Shown: positions 13,201 to 22,900 of the stretch, one piece after another
Layout: every line of letters begins with the position of its first letter
How positions within the stretch are numbered: the first letter of the stretch is position 1
Assembly (NCBI GenBank): GCA_964016885.1
Contig: OZ024743.1
Coordinates: forward strand, 336,660,001-336,724,000
From: Eledone cirrhosa
Taxonomy: Eukaryota
Direction: 5' to 3'
DNA: 64,000 nucleotides
Translations under genes and position numbers: made by a program
The notes under the pieces: model-generated
What the model was told of the DNA's origin: nothing
Seen by the model: the letters and a program-made list of their open reading frames with translations, nothing else
Databases searched by the model: none

Positions 13201-13696
13201 TCTGGCCTGGCAGTGCTACCGAGGAGCCTTGCCAGTTCGGGATAAACTCTACAGGCATGGAGGTGCCGTCAACCGGGCATGTCCGAGATGCGCGCAGGGC
13301 GACGAAACCGTCCTGCACGCACTCGTCCAGTGTCCGAAAATTGCTGACTTGTGGGTTTATGTCGAACACCTGCTGTCGCGTTTAGGACGGATCCAGCTAT
13401 CATCTGAGTCTATCGTGAGGATTGCCCCGCCCTCCTCCTTTAGCCGGGAAGGGCAGGCAGTTTTTATCTGTCTGGTGGCCATGGCGAAAGAGATAGTATG
13501 GTGGACACGTTTGAAAGGGCTGAAGACGAGCACTTACCTCTTCGGTGATGCTCTGATTGACTTTTTCAAATTTCATTTGAAAAGGAAAATCAGAGTAGAG
13601 AAGGAAGTGCTCTCTTCCCAGCATTTTGTTGAAAGATGGGTGAGAGAAGCAAGAATGGCCCGAGTGAATGGGCCGACTCTGAGTATATATCTGTAA
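10277..13696 (+). CDS. ORF2, intact 1139 aa APE endonuclease / reverse transcriptase, L1/Tx1-like
   Basis: APE motifs (INARGL, SET, VYAP, GDWN, LDRVF, TDH), GPGYWKLN, RT motifs (KSPGLDG, FRPITLLN, DQSKAFDRV, QGCPLS, YADD), C-terminal CPRC..H....C. Confidence 0.96.
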   Translation: MTSLRIGSINARGLGSSWKQGHLLNDLRSLNIDVVAISETRISEARAFAPIFGGYDVYASPSRPGSGGGVAVLFRRGLDLAIRAIFLDPEGKLVVLDVTSGDGQAFRLVAVYAPTGAGRPDFFRRLETFLGTSRSLVLVGDWNGILDARWDCVGLADRGGGCKSLTNLLRRFELSDRYRLDFPNVPMWTWTNRIGSSRSYLDRVFCREIDRSSIGCPQFKIVSYTDHKFVICVLDLDRLHRRGPGYWKLNASLPARKAYRDRISELVKRALTGAIVNNKWWFALKRAIRIESIRFSKALAIEKNRAEGELVRKLDEALSKGIATDVLAAKLALDQFFNAKHEGCVVRARVRALRHEGTKAVQWARVAEARRGNKATIRSLVDHDGRMLLDPGQMCEAFQRHFAQLFGGSGGPGRGMDFSVYLDGLPRLSATEAKCCEKPITAAEVREAMTGCTRGKSPGLDGLPYELYVQMPDLFGGLLADVYCNWQQNGRIPSSVSRGAVALLRKDPNKGDNIENFRPITLLNTEFKILAKVLAKRLALVVGGLVGEAQTCAIPDRSIHDNLHLMRYIVERVAREPGTGGSLINLDQSKAFDRVDHRYLAAVLRAAGFGPVFRGWIAAMHSDICSVVRVNGHLSEPFNIMRSVRQGCPLSSLLYVLTLEPLLHKLETLRGVPRELGCGRSVSAYADDVTVVVSNAKHIEAIGTTLREYEAGTGAMINQEKSVGLQLGTWRGRSMPSNSVVGRWTDGPVKLLGVWFGPDLQTDKNWDEVTSRVASLTQKWAERKLSLKGRAEVANAYIASVICYRLTVVPCPKPRLTALERLLFRFLWKGRAPMVRRSICCQHPLRGGLGMPWLMMRRHALRLRHLHLFLDGDQVWSPFARRVFPQLVSLTELQSWVKRRPRGSAWRLECLQALTALDQSGNVIGGNSTSAFYRGLVEGKSDDVLGETLGVDENQLANLFGRTFGPGPMDNFQKSLAWQCYRGALPVRDKLYRHGGAVNRACPRCAQGDETVLHALVQCPKIADLWVYVEHLLSRLGRIQLSSESIVRIAPPSSFSREGQAVFICLVAMAKEIVWWTRLKGLKTSTYLFGDALIDFFKFHLKRKIRVEKEVLSSQHFVERWVREARMARVNGPTLSIYL

Positions 13697-13955
13697 ACTA
13701 AAGGTGGAAAACTGGGAGAGGGCACTTGCCTTGGTGGTCAGGGTCATTGTGGCTTTTTACTGGGCTTTCTCCACAAATGTCCCTCCGAAGTCTCCCCCCT
13801 ATTGGGGAATTTTTCATTGTTATTTTCATTGTTATTTTTGTTACATCCTCTGTTTTTGTTTTTTACACGCAGAAATGCCCATTTGTACCGTCCTGCATTG
13901 TCCTGCACTGTCCTTAATGTCTACTTTATGTAAACCCTTGTGGTTAATAAAGAAA

Positions 13956-13999
<44 letters not shown>

Positions 14000-14010
14000 G
14001 TTATTGTTAT

Positions 14011-17000
14011 TCCTTGAATCTCAGTCATTGATGTTGGTTAACTGGAAAGTCCGTTGGATTGAATATCAAGCCACTACCTGCAGCCTCAGATATTCAGGAC
14101 GTATCGGAGGGTTCTTGCCGTTCCAAGCAAGCATGCCTTTTGAAGCGTTCCAAAAAGCGTGAAGGGGCCAATTTTCTTTAACCATCCCTGGAAACCTTTG
14201 GAGATAGTCCCCAGTGCGCCTATGACAATCGGGATCACTTTGACTTCATGGCAGTTCCAAATCCTTTTCACCTCCCACTTTAGGTCCTGGTATCGGTTAA
14301 TTTTCTCCCTCTCCTTCTCTTGCACTCTCGTGTCAAACGGGCAGGCCACATCCACAATCAGGCACGATCTTTTTTCTTTGTCCACAACCACCAGGTCAGG
14401 TCTATTGTGTTCCAGTTTTTTGTCCGTCTGTATCCTAAAATCCCACAGCACCTTCACCTGACTGTTCTCCATCACCGCCTCTGGCCTATGCTCATACCAT
14501 TTCTCAGAATGTGGTAGATTGTTTACTTTGCACAGGTGCCAGTGGATCACCCTGCCCATCACATCGTGTCTCCAGCCCTTATAGTGGGTCTGGGCTAGGT
14601 GTTTACACTCGGACACAATGTGAGCCACAGTCTCCTCTCTCTCTCCACAGATCCTGCACAGTGGGCTAGCCTCCTCCTTGTAGATATGGTGCTTCAACCA
14701 CTTCGTTTTGAGGGCCTGCTCCTGCGCAGCCATTAGCATTCCTTCTGTAGCCTTTTTGAGGTCTCCTCTTCTCAACCAGTTCCATGTCTGTGGATCTCTA
14801 AATTCAGTTTTCTCAAAGAAGGTACTATGAAGGGATTTTCCCTTAAGGCTGCTCTTCCTCCTTGATGTTATTTCCTCCTTGGATATCCCCTGGCCTACTG
14901 TCCCCTCCTTCAGTACAGCTCTGAGCATTGGCTCCTTACTATAGGTCACGTATTTGTATAGGTTGTTTTTCTCCATCTGAACACAGTCTTCTATGCTGAT
15001 AAGACCTCTTCCACCCTCAGATCTCCTTAGGTAGAGTCTATCGACATCACTCCTCTTGTGGAACATGTTGTAGATAGTCAATAGCTTCCTAGTCTTCCTA
15101 TCCATTTCTTTTTGTTCAGCAACATTCCATCTCAGAATTCCCGCACTGTACCTAATAATAGACACAGCTCGGGAATTTACTGCGCTTATGGCATTTCTGC
15201 TGTTCAGATGTGACTTCAATACGCTCCTTACTCTCCGAATGTATTCAGTTCTTAACAATTCCTTCATTTTTTTGTTCTTTATGCCATCAGCCTCCAGAAC
15301 GCCCAAATACTTGTATCCTTTCTCAGAGTCAATTTCCTTTATCATCTCACCTGTTGGTATCTGGATCCCGTTACTTCTACTCAACCTACCCCTCTTCATC
15401 ACAATGACTCCACATTTACCAATACCAAACTGCATACATATATCACTGCTGAAAATACGGACAGTGTCAACAAGCACATCCAACTCCTTCTCACTTTTCC
15501 CGAAGAGCTTAAGATCGTCCATGAAGAGGAGGTGATTGATGGTAAGCTCTCCCCTTCCCAACTTGTATCCTGCTCTCACTTTTCGCAGCATAATGGTCAA
15601 GGGCATCAGGGCAAGGACAAACAACAGAGGGGACAGGCTATCTCCCTGGAAGATACCTCTCTTGATCTTCACGCTTCCCAAGGATACTCCAGTTGATGTC
15701 AACTCTGTCTCCCAGGACCCCATACTCCTGCCCAGCAACTGTCTGATGTTATCTGCCACCCTGAAGATCTCCAGGCTTTTGGTGATCCAGGAATGAGGCA
15801 CCATGTCAAATGCCTTTCTGTAGTCTATCCATCCCATGGCAAGATCAGTGTGTCTCCTCCTGCAATTCCCCATTACCATCTTATCAATAAGCAACTGGTC
15901 CTTTGTACCACGTGACTTCTTTCGGCATCCTTTCTGTTCGTCCGGCAACAAGTTGTTTGTGTGGAGGTGATGGTAGATTTCCTCAGACATAATGCTCGTC
16001 AACAGTTTCCGCATTACGGGCAGACATGTGATAGGTCTATAGTTGGTAACATCATTACCCTTGATTCGGTCTTTCATTATCAGAACTGTGGTACCTTTTG
16101 TCAACCACTCTGGCACCTCACCCGACACCAAGCAGTCATTGAACATGGCCGTCAGCTTCGGGTGGAGGGATGTTAAATGTTTAATCCAATACCCCTGCAC
16201 ACCATCTGGGCCTGGTGATTTCCAGTTGGTTAGTTTTTTGGCTTGCCCCTTAATAGTTTCAACTGTGATACTCAAATCAGTCTGTTGCTGTGCCTGCTCA
16301 CCGATCTCCCTCTGTACTGTCTCAATCCACCCTGCCTGGGCATTGTGTCTAACATCCTGCTCCCATATTCCTCTCCAGAATGTTTTAGCTTGTTCCGCCC
16401 CAGGGATCAAGTCGTTGCCTCTTTCTTTCCCCTCAAGCTGTCCAAACAGCATCTTCTGGTTGTTGTCGAACATGCGGTTCTGTTTATACTGACTGACTCT
16501 GTTCTCGTATCGCCTGATTTTGGCACTCTTTGCTACAATGCGTTGCTTCAATTCCTCTATGATAATATTTAGCTTTTTACTTCTAGTTTTGTATTTTATT
16601 TCCAGTCTATTTTTAGTGCCTATGTTTTTTAGTGTCCCATTCAGTAGTGACTCAAGCTTTCCTATGTCATTTCTCATTTCCCCGATTTGCCCACTGAGTC
16701 GCTTCTTCCACCACGGCTCTGCTCTTTCTTGTCTGTTGTTTCCTCTCGCTTTTATACCAAGTAGTTTCCTCACCGTACTTGCTGTTGCTTTGAGGATATT
16801 GTTGCACTGGTGAAGACTCCTCGCCTCAAGGTATGGGATGACTTTGTTTACCTTAGCTGTTGTTTCTTTTAACTTTTTCCTGTCTACAAATCTTAGGTTC
16901 ATAGGTCTCCCACTATCATTGTTCAACTCATCTACCACTAAATTTAGGATGTCAACCGAATCTTGTCCTAGCCCGTCAGCATTCATCTCCTCAGTGGCCG

Positions 17001-17611
17001 TATCTCTGTTCCAGGTATTATTTATCTCAGTATTCAGATCATTGTCTGCTTCGGGTGGTTCCTCCGTTCTCAGGACCTCCTCACCTTCATTTCCCGCCGG
17101 CTCGCTTGTCTGGCATACTACACCCGCCATCTCCAAGCCATTCTCTCTGCTCAGTTCCTCCAGTTCCAGCTCGCTTATCCACCCATTAGTTCTTATTACC
17201 CGAGCCTGCCCGGCCAATTTTTGTTCATCTAATTTAAATAAACCAATCTCGTTCCAGATGTTATGCATCCGTCTCCTGTAGCCCCTCTCCTTGGGGTTAC
17301 TTTTCAGGTAGCATTGCATAACAGTTCTATTCAATTCTTTCGTCCAGTTGGTTCTGGCCTCTTTCCTTCTTCTTCTTCCTCCAACATCAGCAGTATTTGG
17401 TTGACAGTCAGGTTCCTGCTGCTGAGCCAGGGGGCACCTGTTGGGTGAGAGTCTGTCACATGACGTTCTAGTCTCCATTTCACCGTTACTCGAACTGTTT
17501 ATGTTCGATATTTAAACACTCTTATCGAGGATTGGCGAATGTATGTTTACATAGCCATCTGTGGATCCGCCATCCCACTTGGCCCTTGTGTGGCATTATC
17601 ACCACGCTGTA

Positions 17612-17613
<2 letters not shown>
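14011..17613 (-). mobile_element. R4/Dong-like RLE non-LTR retrotransposon, full-length
   Basis: Single long ORF with short UTRs. (TAA)n on the sense strand at both ends. Near-identical to 34918-38520. Confidence 0.93.
14086..17478 (-). CDS. Intact 1130 aa RT + restriction-like endonuclease protein
   Basis: N-terminal W...N..VM.CY..S.P..RGYR.RM..IW, RT (KSPGPDG, QGDSLSP, FMDD), CRIC..ET..HI...C, RHD, PD..D..K nuclease motif. Confidence 0.95.
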   Translation of the reverse strand: METRTSCDRLSPNRCPLAQQQEPDCQPNTADVGGRRRRKEARTNWTKELNRTVMQCYLKSNPKERGYRRRMHNIWNEIGLFKLDEQKLAGQARVIRTNGWISELELEELSRENGLEMAGVVCQTSEPAGNEGEEVLRTEEPPEADNDLNTEINNTWNRDTATEEMNADGLGQDSVDILNLVVDELNNDSGRPMNLRFVDRKKLKETTAKVNKVIPYLEARSLHQCNNILKATASTVRKLLGIKARGNNRQERAEPWWKKRLSGQIGEMRNDIGKLESLLNGTLKNIGTKNRLEIKYKTRSKKLNIIIEELKQRIVAKSAKIRRYENRVSQYKQNRMFDNNQKMLFGQLEGKERGNDLIPGAEQAKTFWRGIWEQDVRHNAQAGWIETVQREIGEQAQQQTDLSITVETIKGQAKKLTNWKSPGPDGVQGYWIKHLTSLHPKLTAMFNDCLVSGEVPEWLTKGTTVLIMKDRIKGNDVTNYRPITCLPVMRKLLTSIMSEEIYHHLHTNNLLPDEQKGCRKKSRGTKDQLLIDKMVMGNCRRRHTDLAMGWIDYRKAFDMVPHSWITKSLEIFRVADNIRQLLGRSMGSWETELTSTGVSLGSVKIKRGIFQGDSLSPLLFVLALMPLTIMLRKVRAGYKLGRGELTINHLLFMDDLKLFGKSEKELDVLVDTVRIFSSDICMQFGIGKCGVIVMKRGRLSRSNGIQIPTGEMIKEIDSEKGYKYLGVLEADGIKNKKMKELLRTEYIRRVRSVLKSHLNSRNAISAVNSRAVSIIRYSAGILRWNVAEQKEMDRKTRKLLTIYNMFHKRSDVDRLYLRRSEGGRGLISIEDCVQMEKNNLYKYVTYSKEPMLRAVLKEGTVGQGISKEEITSRRKSSLKGKSLHSTFFEKTEFRDPQTWNWLRRGDLKKATEGMLMAAQEQALKTKWLKHHIYKEEASPLCRICGEREETVAHIVSECKHLAQTHYKGWRHDVMGRVIHWHLCKVNNLPHSEKWYEHRPEAVMENSQVKVLWDFRIQTDKKLEHNRPDLVVVDKEKRSCLIVDVACPFDTRVQEKEREKINRYQDLKWEVKRIWNCHEVKVIPIVIGALGTISKGFQGWLKKIGPFTLFGTLQKACLLGTARTLRYVLNI

Positions 17614-17651
<38 letters not shown>

Positions 17652-17864
17652 GAATGCCATGGTTGACGGAGGCTCGGCTCTGTAAGGTATAGTAATTTTT
17701 AACCGTTAAAACAATTGTAAATTGTTTAAAACTTGAACCAAATTGTTGATAAAGACACCCTCCTCCTCGTGAGAGGGGTCTTTCTGTCCGTTATTTGGCC
17801 CTTCGGGGTTAAATAACCAGTTATTGGGGTTTTGTACCCAAAATTTCATTTTACACAAAAAAAC

Positions 17865-19964
17865 ATGGCTACCAAAAAGAAATTTCATACGTCACTCCCA
17901 CTCATTCCGTCTTCTTCTTCCTCAATCATCACTACAGCAGAGAGAAGATTGTCTCTCTCCCTCCCTTCTTTAAATGTGTCTCTCTCCCTCCCTTCTCTTT
18001 CGCAAGTGACGAAAGAAAAGAAAAGTCTCGTGCAAAGCGTGCAAGGTTTCTCCACGACGACGACGACAGCGACGAAACAGGTGTGCGGGAAATACGAAAA
18101 CCCAGTTCATTCGTCTGACGTCAGGAATAATAGCAGTAGCAGCCGTAATAACAACAGCAACAGTGACAATGAAAACAACAGTAGCAGCCGCAACAGCATC
18201 ACCAGCAGCATAAACAACAACAGCATTAGCAGCAGCAACACCAACAACAACCACAGCAACAGCGGCGGAGGCAGTAGTCGTAGTACCTGCAGCAACAACA
18301 AAAGTACCAGCAGCTCTGACGACAACAACAACAACAGCAGAGAAAAACCAATCTCATTTGCAGGTATTGCGAAAAATTTGGAAACAATCCTCATAACAAA
18401 TGAGGAATTAGAGGAAGCGAAGAAGATGGTGACAAAGAACGGACACCGAGCAATCTGCAAGGCAGCGAAAAATTTTTTCGAAACCCAAGAGCACTGTACG
18501 GTCACGTACCGTACAGTAAGTACAAAATCCCGTAGGGTGGAAAGAGCCACAGAGGCCCAAATACAAAAAGCCTTGGGGTCTGTGTGGCAGCGGAAAACGC
18601 ACATCACCCGAGGCAAAAAATATGCCACCGTAGACGTACTTTTTGCCACACCCCAGGAGGCAAAGGCCCAATCAGTAGTGACCCTAAGGAGCGAGGAAAT
18701 GGTGTTGGTGCCCTCCTACTGTGGGCAAAAAATTGTGAGGGTCAAACTGACCCACGTCCCCCCCGGAATGACCCCTTCTTGGCTGGCCGCGTCTGTCCTC
18801 GTCGGAATCGAGGACAAAACAACTGTACTGCAAGTACAGAAAAAAGTAAGAGAAGATTGGGTCGGCTCCTCCATTGAGATGCTAATCCAAACCAACCAGG
18901 AGTGCATCGAAGCTATCCCGGATGTGATAGACTTCGATAACGGCACTCAACTGCCCATAAGTGTTGAGGGCAAACGCCCGAAATGCTTTCGCTGTGGATC
19001 GAAGACTCACCTCAGGGCCTTCTGCAACGAGAAGACCCTGAGAAAGGAGAAAACCCCCCTCCTTCCGAATCCGGCTCCACGGCTACCAGCAACAGGACAA
19101 GCGGCAACCAGGAACGATAGGCCCGTGGCACCCATACCCACTCCACGGAAATCAAAAACAGCAGCAGCAGTGGAAATACTAACAACAACAACAGCAATAC
19201 CAAATGCAGCTGCAACAGAGACTCCAGTGCAAACATCACCAACAACAACAAGTGAAAGAGTGGAGTTGGTACCCCTCCCCGACCTCACAGAATCAGACAT
19301 GGAGTGTGAGGTGGGAGAGAGATGGCAAAAGGTCGTAAGAAGGCACAAACGCAGAAGCAGCGCATCGTCGCCTTTGAAAAGTGAGGAAAGAAATGAGAAA
19401 AGGGTAAAGTCTACTGCAAAGAGACCCACAGCAGCAACAACACCAACACCATCACCACCCACACTAGCGCCACCATCACCACCGGCGACAACCCCACCGC
19501 CAACAACACCTTCAACACCACCACCACAAGCACCAACATCGCAAACACAACAACAAAACACACACACCCAGCAACAACGACAAGAAAATAGCAGAACCAC
19601 ACCCCACCCCCAGAAAAACAAATGCACGGCAATAAATACACACAACAAGAAACTAATGACTTACATAATTGAACACACAGACATTTCACAACAGGACTAC
19701 ATAATACCAGCACCAATCAAAACGCCAACTAACATAAGACTGCTAAAAATAGCACAGAAACAATACACAAATATTAAAACGAAATTCCCCAACGCAGTTG
19801 GTGATTTCAGGGACCTAGGAGGAACCATCAATCGAAGAGTATACTCAGACATTCTCTTAGAAGAGCCGACGACCAGCCGAAGGGACGATTCAACGGTCCC
19901 TTCACCAGACGATCAAGTGAAAAGGGATGTAAAAACCATCCCTCCTCTACCAAAAGTACGGTAA
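17865..19964 (+). CDS. ORF1 type B, 699 aa gag-like nucleic-acid-binding protein
   Basis: ATG at 17865, Asn/Ser-rich N-terminus, putative RRM-like core, CCHC knuckle, Pro/Thr-rich tail. Confidence 0.9.
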   Translation: MATKKKFHTSLPLIPSSSSSIITTAERRLSLSLPSLNVSLSLPSLSQVTKEKKSLVQSVQGFSTTTTTATKQVCGKYENPVHSSDVRNNSSSSRNNNSNSDNENNSSSRNSITSSINNNSISSSNTNNNHSNSGGGSSRSTCSNNKSTSSSDDNNNNSREKPISFAGIAKNLETILITNEELEEAKKMVTKNGHRAICKAAKNFFETQEHCTVTYRTVSTKSRRVERATEAQIQKALGSVWQRKTHITRGKKYATVDVLFATPQEAKAQSVVTLRSEEMVLVPSYCGQKIVRVKLTHVPPGMTPSWLAASVLVGIEDKTTVLQVQKKVREDWVGSSIEMLIQTNQECIEAIPDVIDFDNGTQLPISVEGKRPKCFRCGSKTHLRAFCNEKTLRKEKTPLLPNPAPRLPATGQAATRNDRPVAPIPTPRKSKTAAAVEILTTTTAIPNAAATETPVQTSPTTTSERVELVPLPDLTESDMECEVGERWQKVVRRHKRRSSASSPLKSEERNEKRVKSTAKRPTAATTPTPSPPTLAPPSPPATTPPPTTPSTPPPQAPTSQTQQQNTHTQQQRQENSRTTPHPQKNKCTAINTHNKKLMTYIIEHTDISQQDYIIPAPIKTPTNIRLLKIAQKQYTNIKTKFPNAVGDFRDLGGTINRRVYSDILLEEPTTSRRDDSTVPSPDDQVKRDVKTIPPLPKVR

Positions 19965-19999
19965 GTGGTCTTTCCCATCTTTTCCACTCTATTTTAAAC

Positions 20000-22900
20000 A
20001 TGACCTCACTCAGAATAGGCAGCATAAATGCGCGTGGCTTGGGGTCGTCATGGAAGCAGGGTCACCTGCTCAACGACCTCAGGTCACTAAACATAGATGT
20101 AGTGGCCATCAGCGAGACCAGAATCTCCGAAGCACGGGCCTTCGCAGCGATCTTCGGCGGCTTCGATGTGTACGCATCTCCCAGCCGTCCTGGATCCGGT
20201 GGAGGAGTTGCTGTGCTTTTTCGGAGAGGTTTGGATCTCGCCATACGGGCCATCTTCCTGGACCCAGAGGGTAAGCTGGTGGTGCTGGACGTGACCAGCG
20301 GAGACGGGCAAGCTTTCAGGCTAGTGGCCGTCTATGCCCCGACAGGAGCAGGGCGGCCTGATTTCTTCCGGCGTCTGGAGACCTTTCTTGGAACGTCCCG
20401 CTCTTTAGTGTTAGTGGGCGACTGGAACGGGATCTTAGATGCACGCTGGGACTGTGTGGGATTAGCGGATAGGGGTGGAGGGTGCAAGAGCCTCACCAAC
20501 CTGCTCAGGCGTTTTGAACTGTCTGACAGGTACCGATTGGATTTCCCGAATGTGCCAATGTGGACTTGGACAAACCGCATAGGGTCATCCAGATCATATC
20601 TAGATAGAGTATTTTGTAGGGAAATAGATAGGTCTAGCATAGGCTGTCCACAATTCAAGATAGTCAGCTACACGGACCACAAATTCGTGATCTGTGTGCT
20701 TGACTTAGATAGGCTTCATAGACGAGGACCCGGCTACTGGAAGCTAAACGCGTCCTTACCAGCGCGCAAGGCCTACAGAGACCGGATTAGCGAACTAGTT
20801 AAGCGGGCGTTGACGGGGGCCATCGTCAACAACAAGTGGTGGTTTGCTCTGAAAAGAGCGATTAGAATAGAATCGATTAGGTTTAGTAAGGCTTTAGCAA
20901 TAGAGAAAAATAGAGCAGAGGGAGAACTAGTTAGAAAATTAGACGAGGCGCTTAGCAAAGGCATTGCGACCGACGTGCTTGCGGCGAAATTGGCCCTTGA
21001 CCAATTCTTCAATGCAAAGCACGAAGGCTGCGTTGTCAGAGCTAGGGTGCGTGCTCTCAGACACGAGGGGACGAAAGCCGTTCAATGGGCCCGAGTGGCG
21101 GAGGCGCGTCGTGGCAACAAAGCCACGATCCGGTCTTTGGTGGACCACGACGGGCGCATGCTACTCGATCCCGGGCAAATGTGTGAAGCTTTTCAGCGAC
21201 ACTCCGCTCAGCTGTTCGGGGGCAGCGGGGGGCCGGGTAGAGGGATGGACTTTAGTGTCTACCTCGACGGACTGCCGCGGCTCTCGGCCACTGAGGCGAA
21301 GTGTTGCGAAAAGCCGATAACAGCCGCTGAAGTACGGGAGGCAATGACTGGCTGCACAAGGGGTAAATCGCCTGGTTTGGATGGTCTGCCCTATGAACTT
21401 TACGTACAGATGCCAGACTTGTTCGGAGGCCTCTTGGCGGACGTCTACTGCAACTGGCAACAGAACGGGAGAATTCCCAGTTCTGTGAGCCGAGGAGCGG
21501 TGGCACTGCTGAGAAAGGATCCGAACAAGGGGGATAACATAGACAATTTCCGGCCCATAACTCTGCTAAACACAGAGTTTAAGATTTTGGCCAAGGTGCT
21601 AGCAAAGAGGTTGGCGCTTGTCGTTGGTGGTCTGGTGGGAGAGGCGCAGACATGCGCCATTCCCGACAGATCCATCCACGACAACCTCCACCTCATGCGA
21701 TACATCGTAGAGAGGGTAGCTAGGGAACCTGGCACGGGTGGGTCCTTGATCAATTTAGATCAGTCGAAAGCTTTCGATAGGGTCGACCATCGTTACCTAG
21801 CGGCAGTCCTGAGGGCGGCTGGCTTTGGGCCCGTCTTCAGAGGCTGGATCGCTGCCATGCACAGCGACATCTGCTCTGTGGTGAGAGTGAACGGTCACCT
21901 GTCGGAACCGTTCAACATCATGCGCTCGGTCCGCCAAGGATGTCCCCTCTCGTCCCTCTTGTACGTATTGACTCTCGAGCCATTACTGCACAAACTGGAG
22001 ACGTTGAGGGGAGTCCCGCGCGAACTAGGATGCGGAAGATCCGTGTCAGCATATGCGGACGATGTCACCGTAGTGGTGTCGAACGCCAAACACATCGAGG
22101 CGATCGGCACTACACTAAGAGAATACGAAGCGGTGACAGGAGCAATGATCAACCAGGAAAAGTCAGTGGGCCTGCAGCTCGGCACCTGGAGAGGCAGGTC
22201 CATGCCGTCCAACAGCGTCGTCGGGCGCTGGACGGACGGACCGGTTAAATTGCTAGGGGTCTGGTTCGGTCCGGACCTCCAGACGGACAAAAACTGGGAC
22301 GAGGTGACGAGCAGGGTGGCTTCTCTCACCCAGAAATGGGCGGAGAGGAAGCTATCCCTGAAAGGTCGAGCGGAGGTGGCTAACGCGTACATCGCGTCTG
22401 TCATCTGCTACCGCCTAACCGTCGTACCTTGTCCTAAGCCTCGCCTGACTGCGCTGGAGCGTTTGCTCTTTCGCTTTTTGTGGAAGGGACGTGCTCCGAT
22501 GGTCAGGCGGTCCATCTGTTGTCAACACCCGCTACGTGGAGGGCTGGGCATGCCGTGGCTGATGATGCGCAGGCACGCGCTCAGGCTACGACATCTCCAC
22601 CTCTTCCTCGACGGTGATCAGGTGTGGTCGCCGTTTGCTAGACGCGTTTTTCCCCAGCTCGTTTCCTTGACGGAGCTGCAGTCCTGGGTCAAGCGAAGAC
22701 CGAGAGGGAGCGCCTGGAGACTGGAATGTCTTCAGGCGCTCACAGCCCTCGACCAATCGGGCAATGTGATCGGTGGAAACTCCACCTCGGCGTTCTATAG
22801 AGGATTAGTGGAGGGGAAGAGCGACGACGTACTTGGGGAAACTCTAGGCGTCGACGAAAATCAACTAGCCAATCTCTTCGGAAGAACTTTCGGACCGGGG

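Larger units (their letters stand above)
7930..13957 (+). mobile_element. Tx1-like element, full-length, ORF1 type B (copy B1)
   Basis: Near-identical to 17652-23680. Flanked by (TTA)n on both sides. Confidence 0.95.

Noticed and set aside
17479-17613. HDV-like ribozyme in the Dong 5'UTR (TCCTCG motif)
   Set aside because: P1/P2/P3 nested pseudoknot pairings could not be assigned; kept only as a structured UTR.
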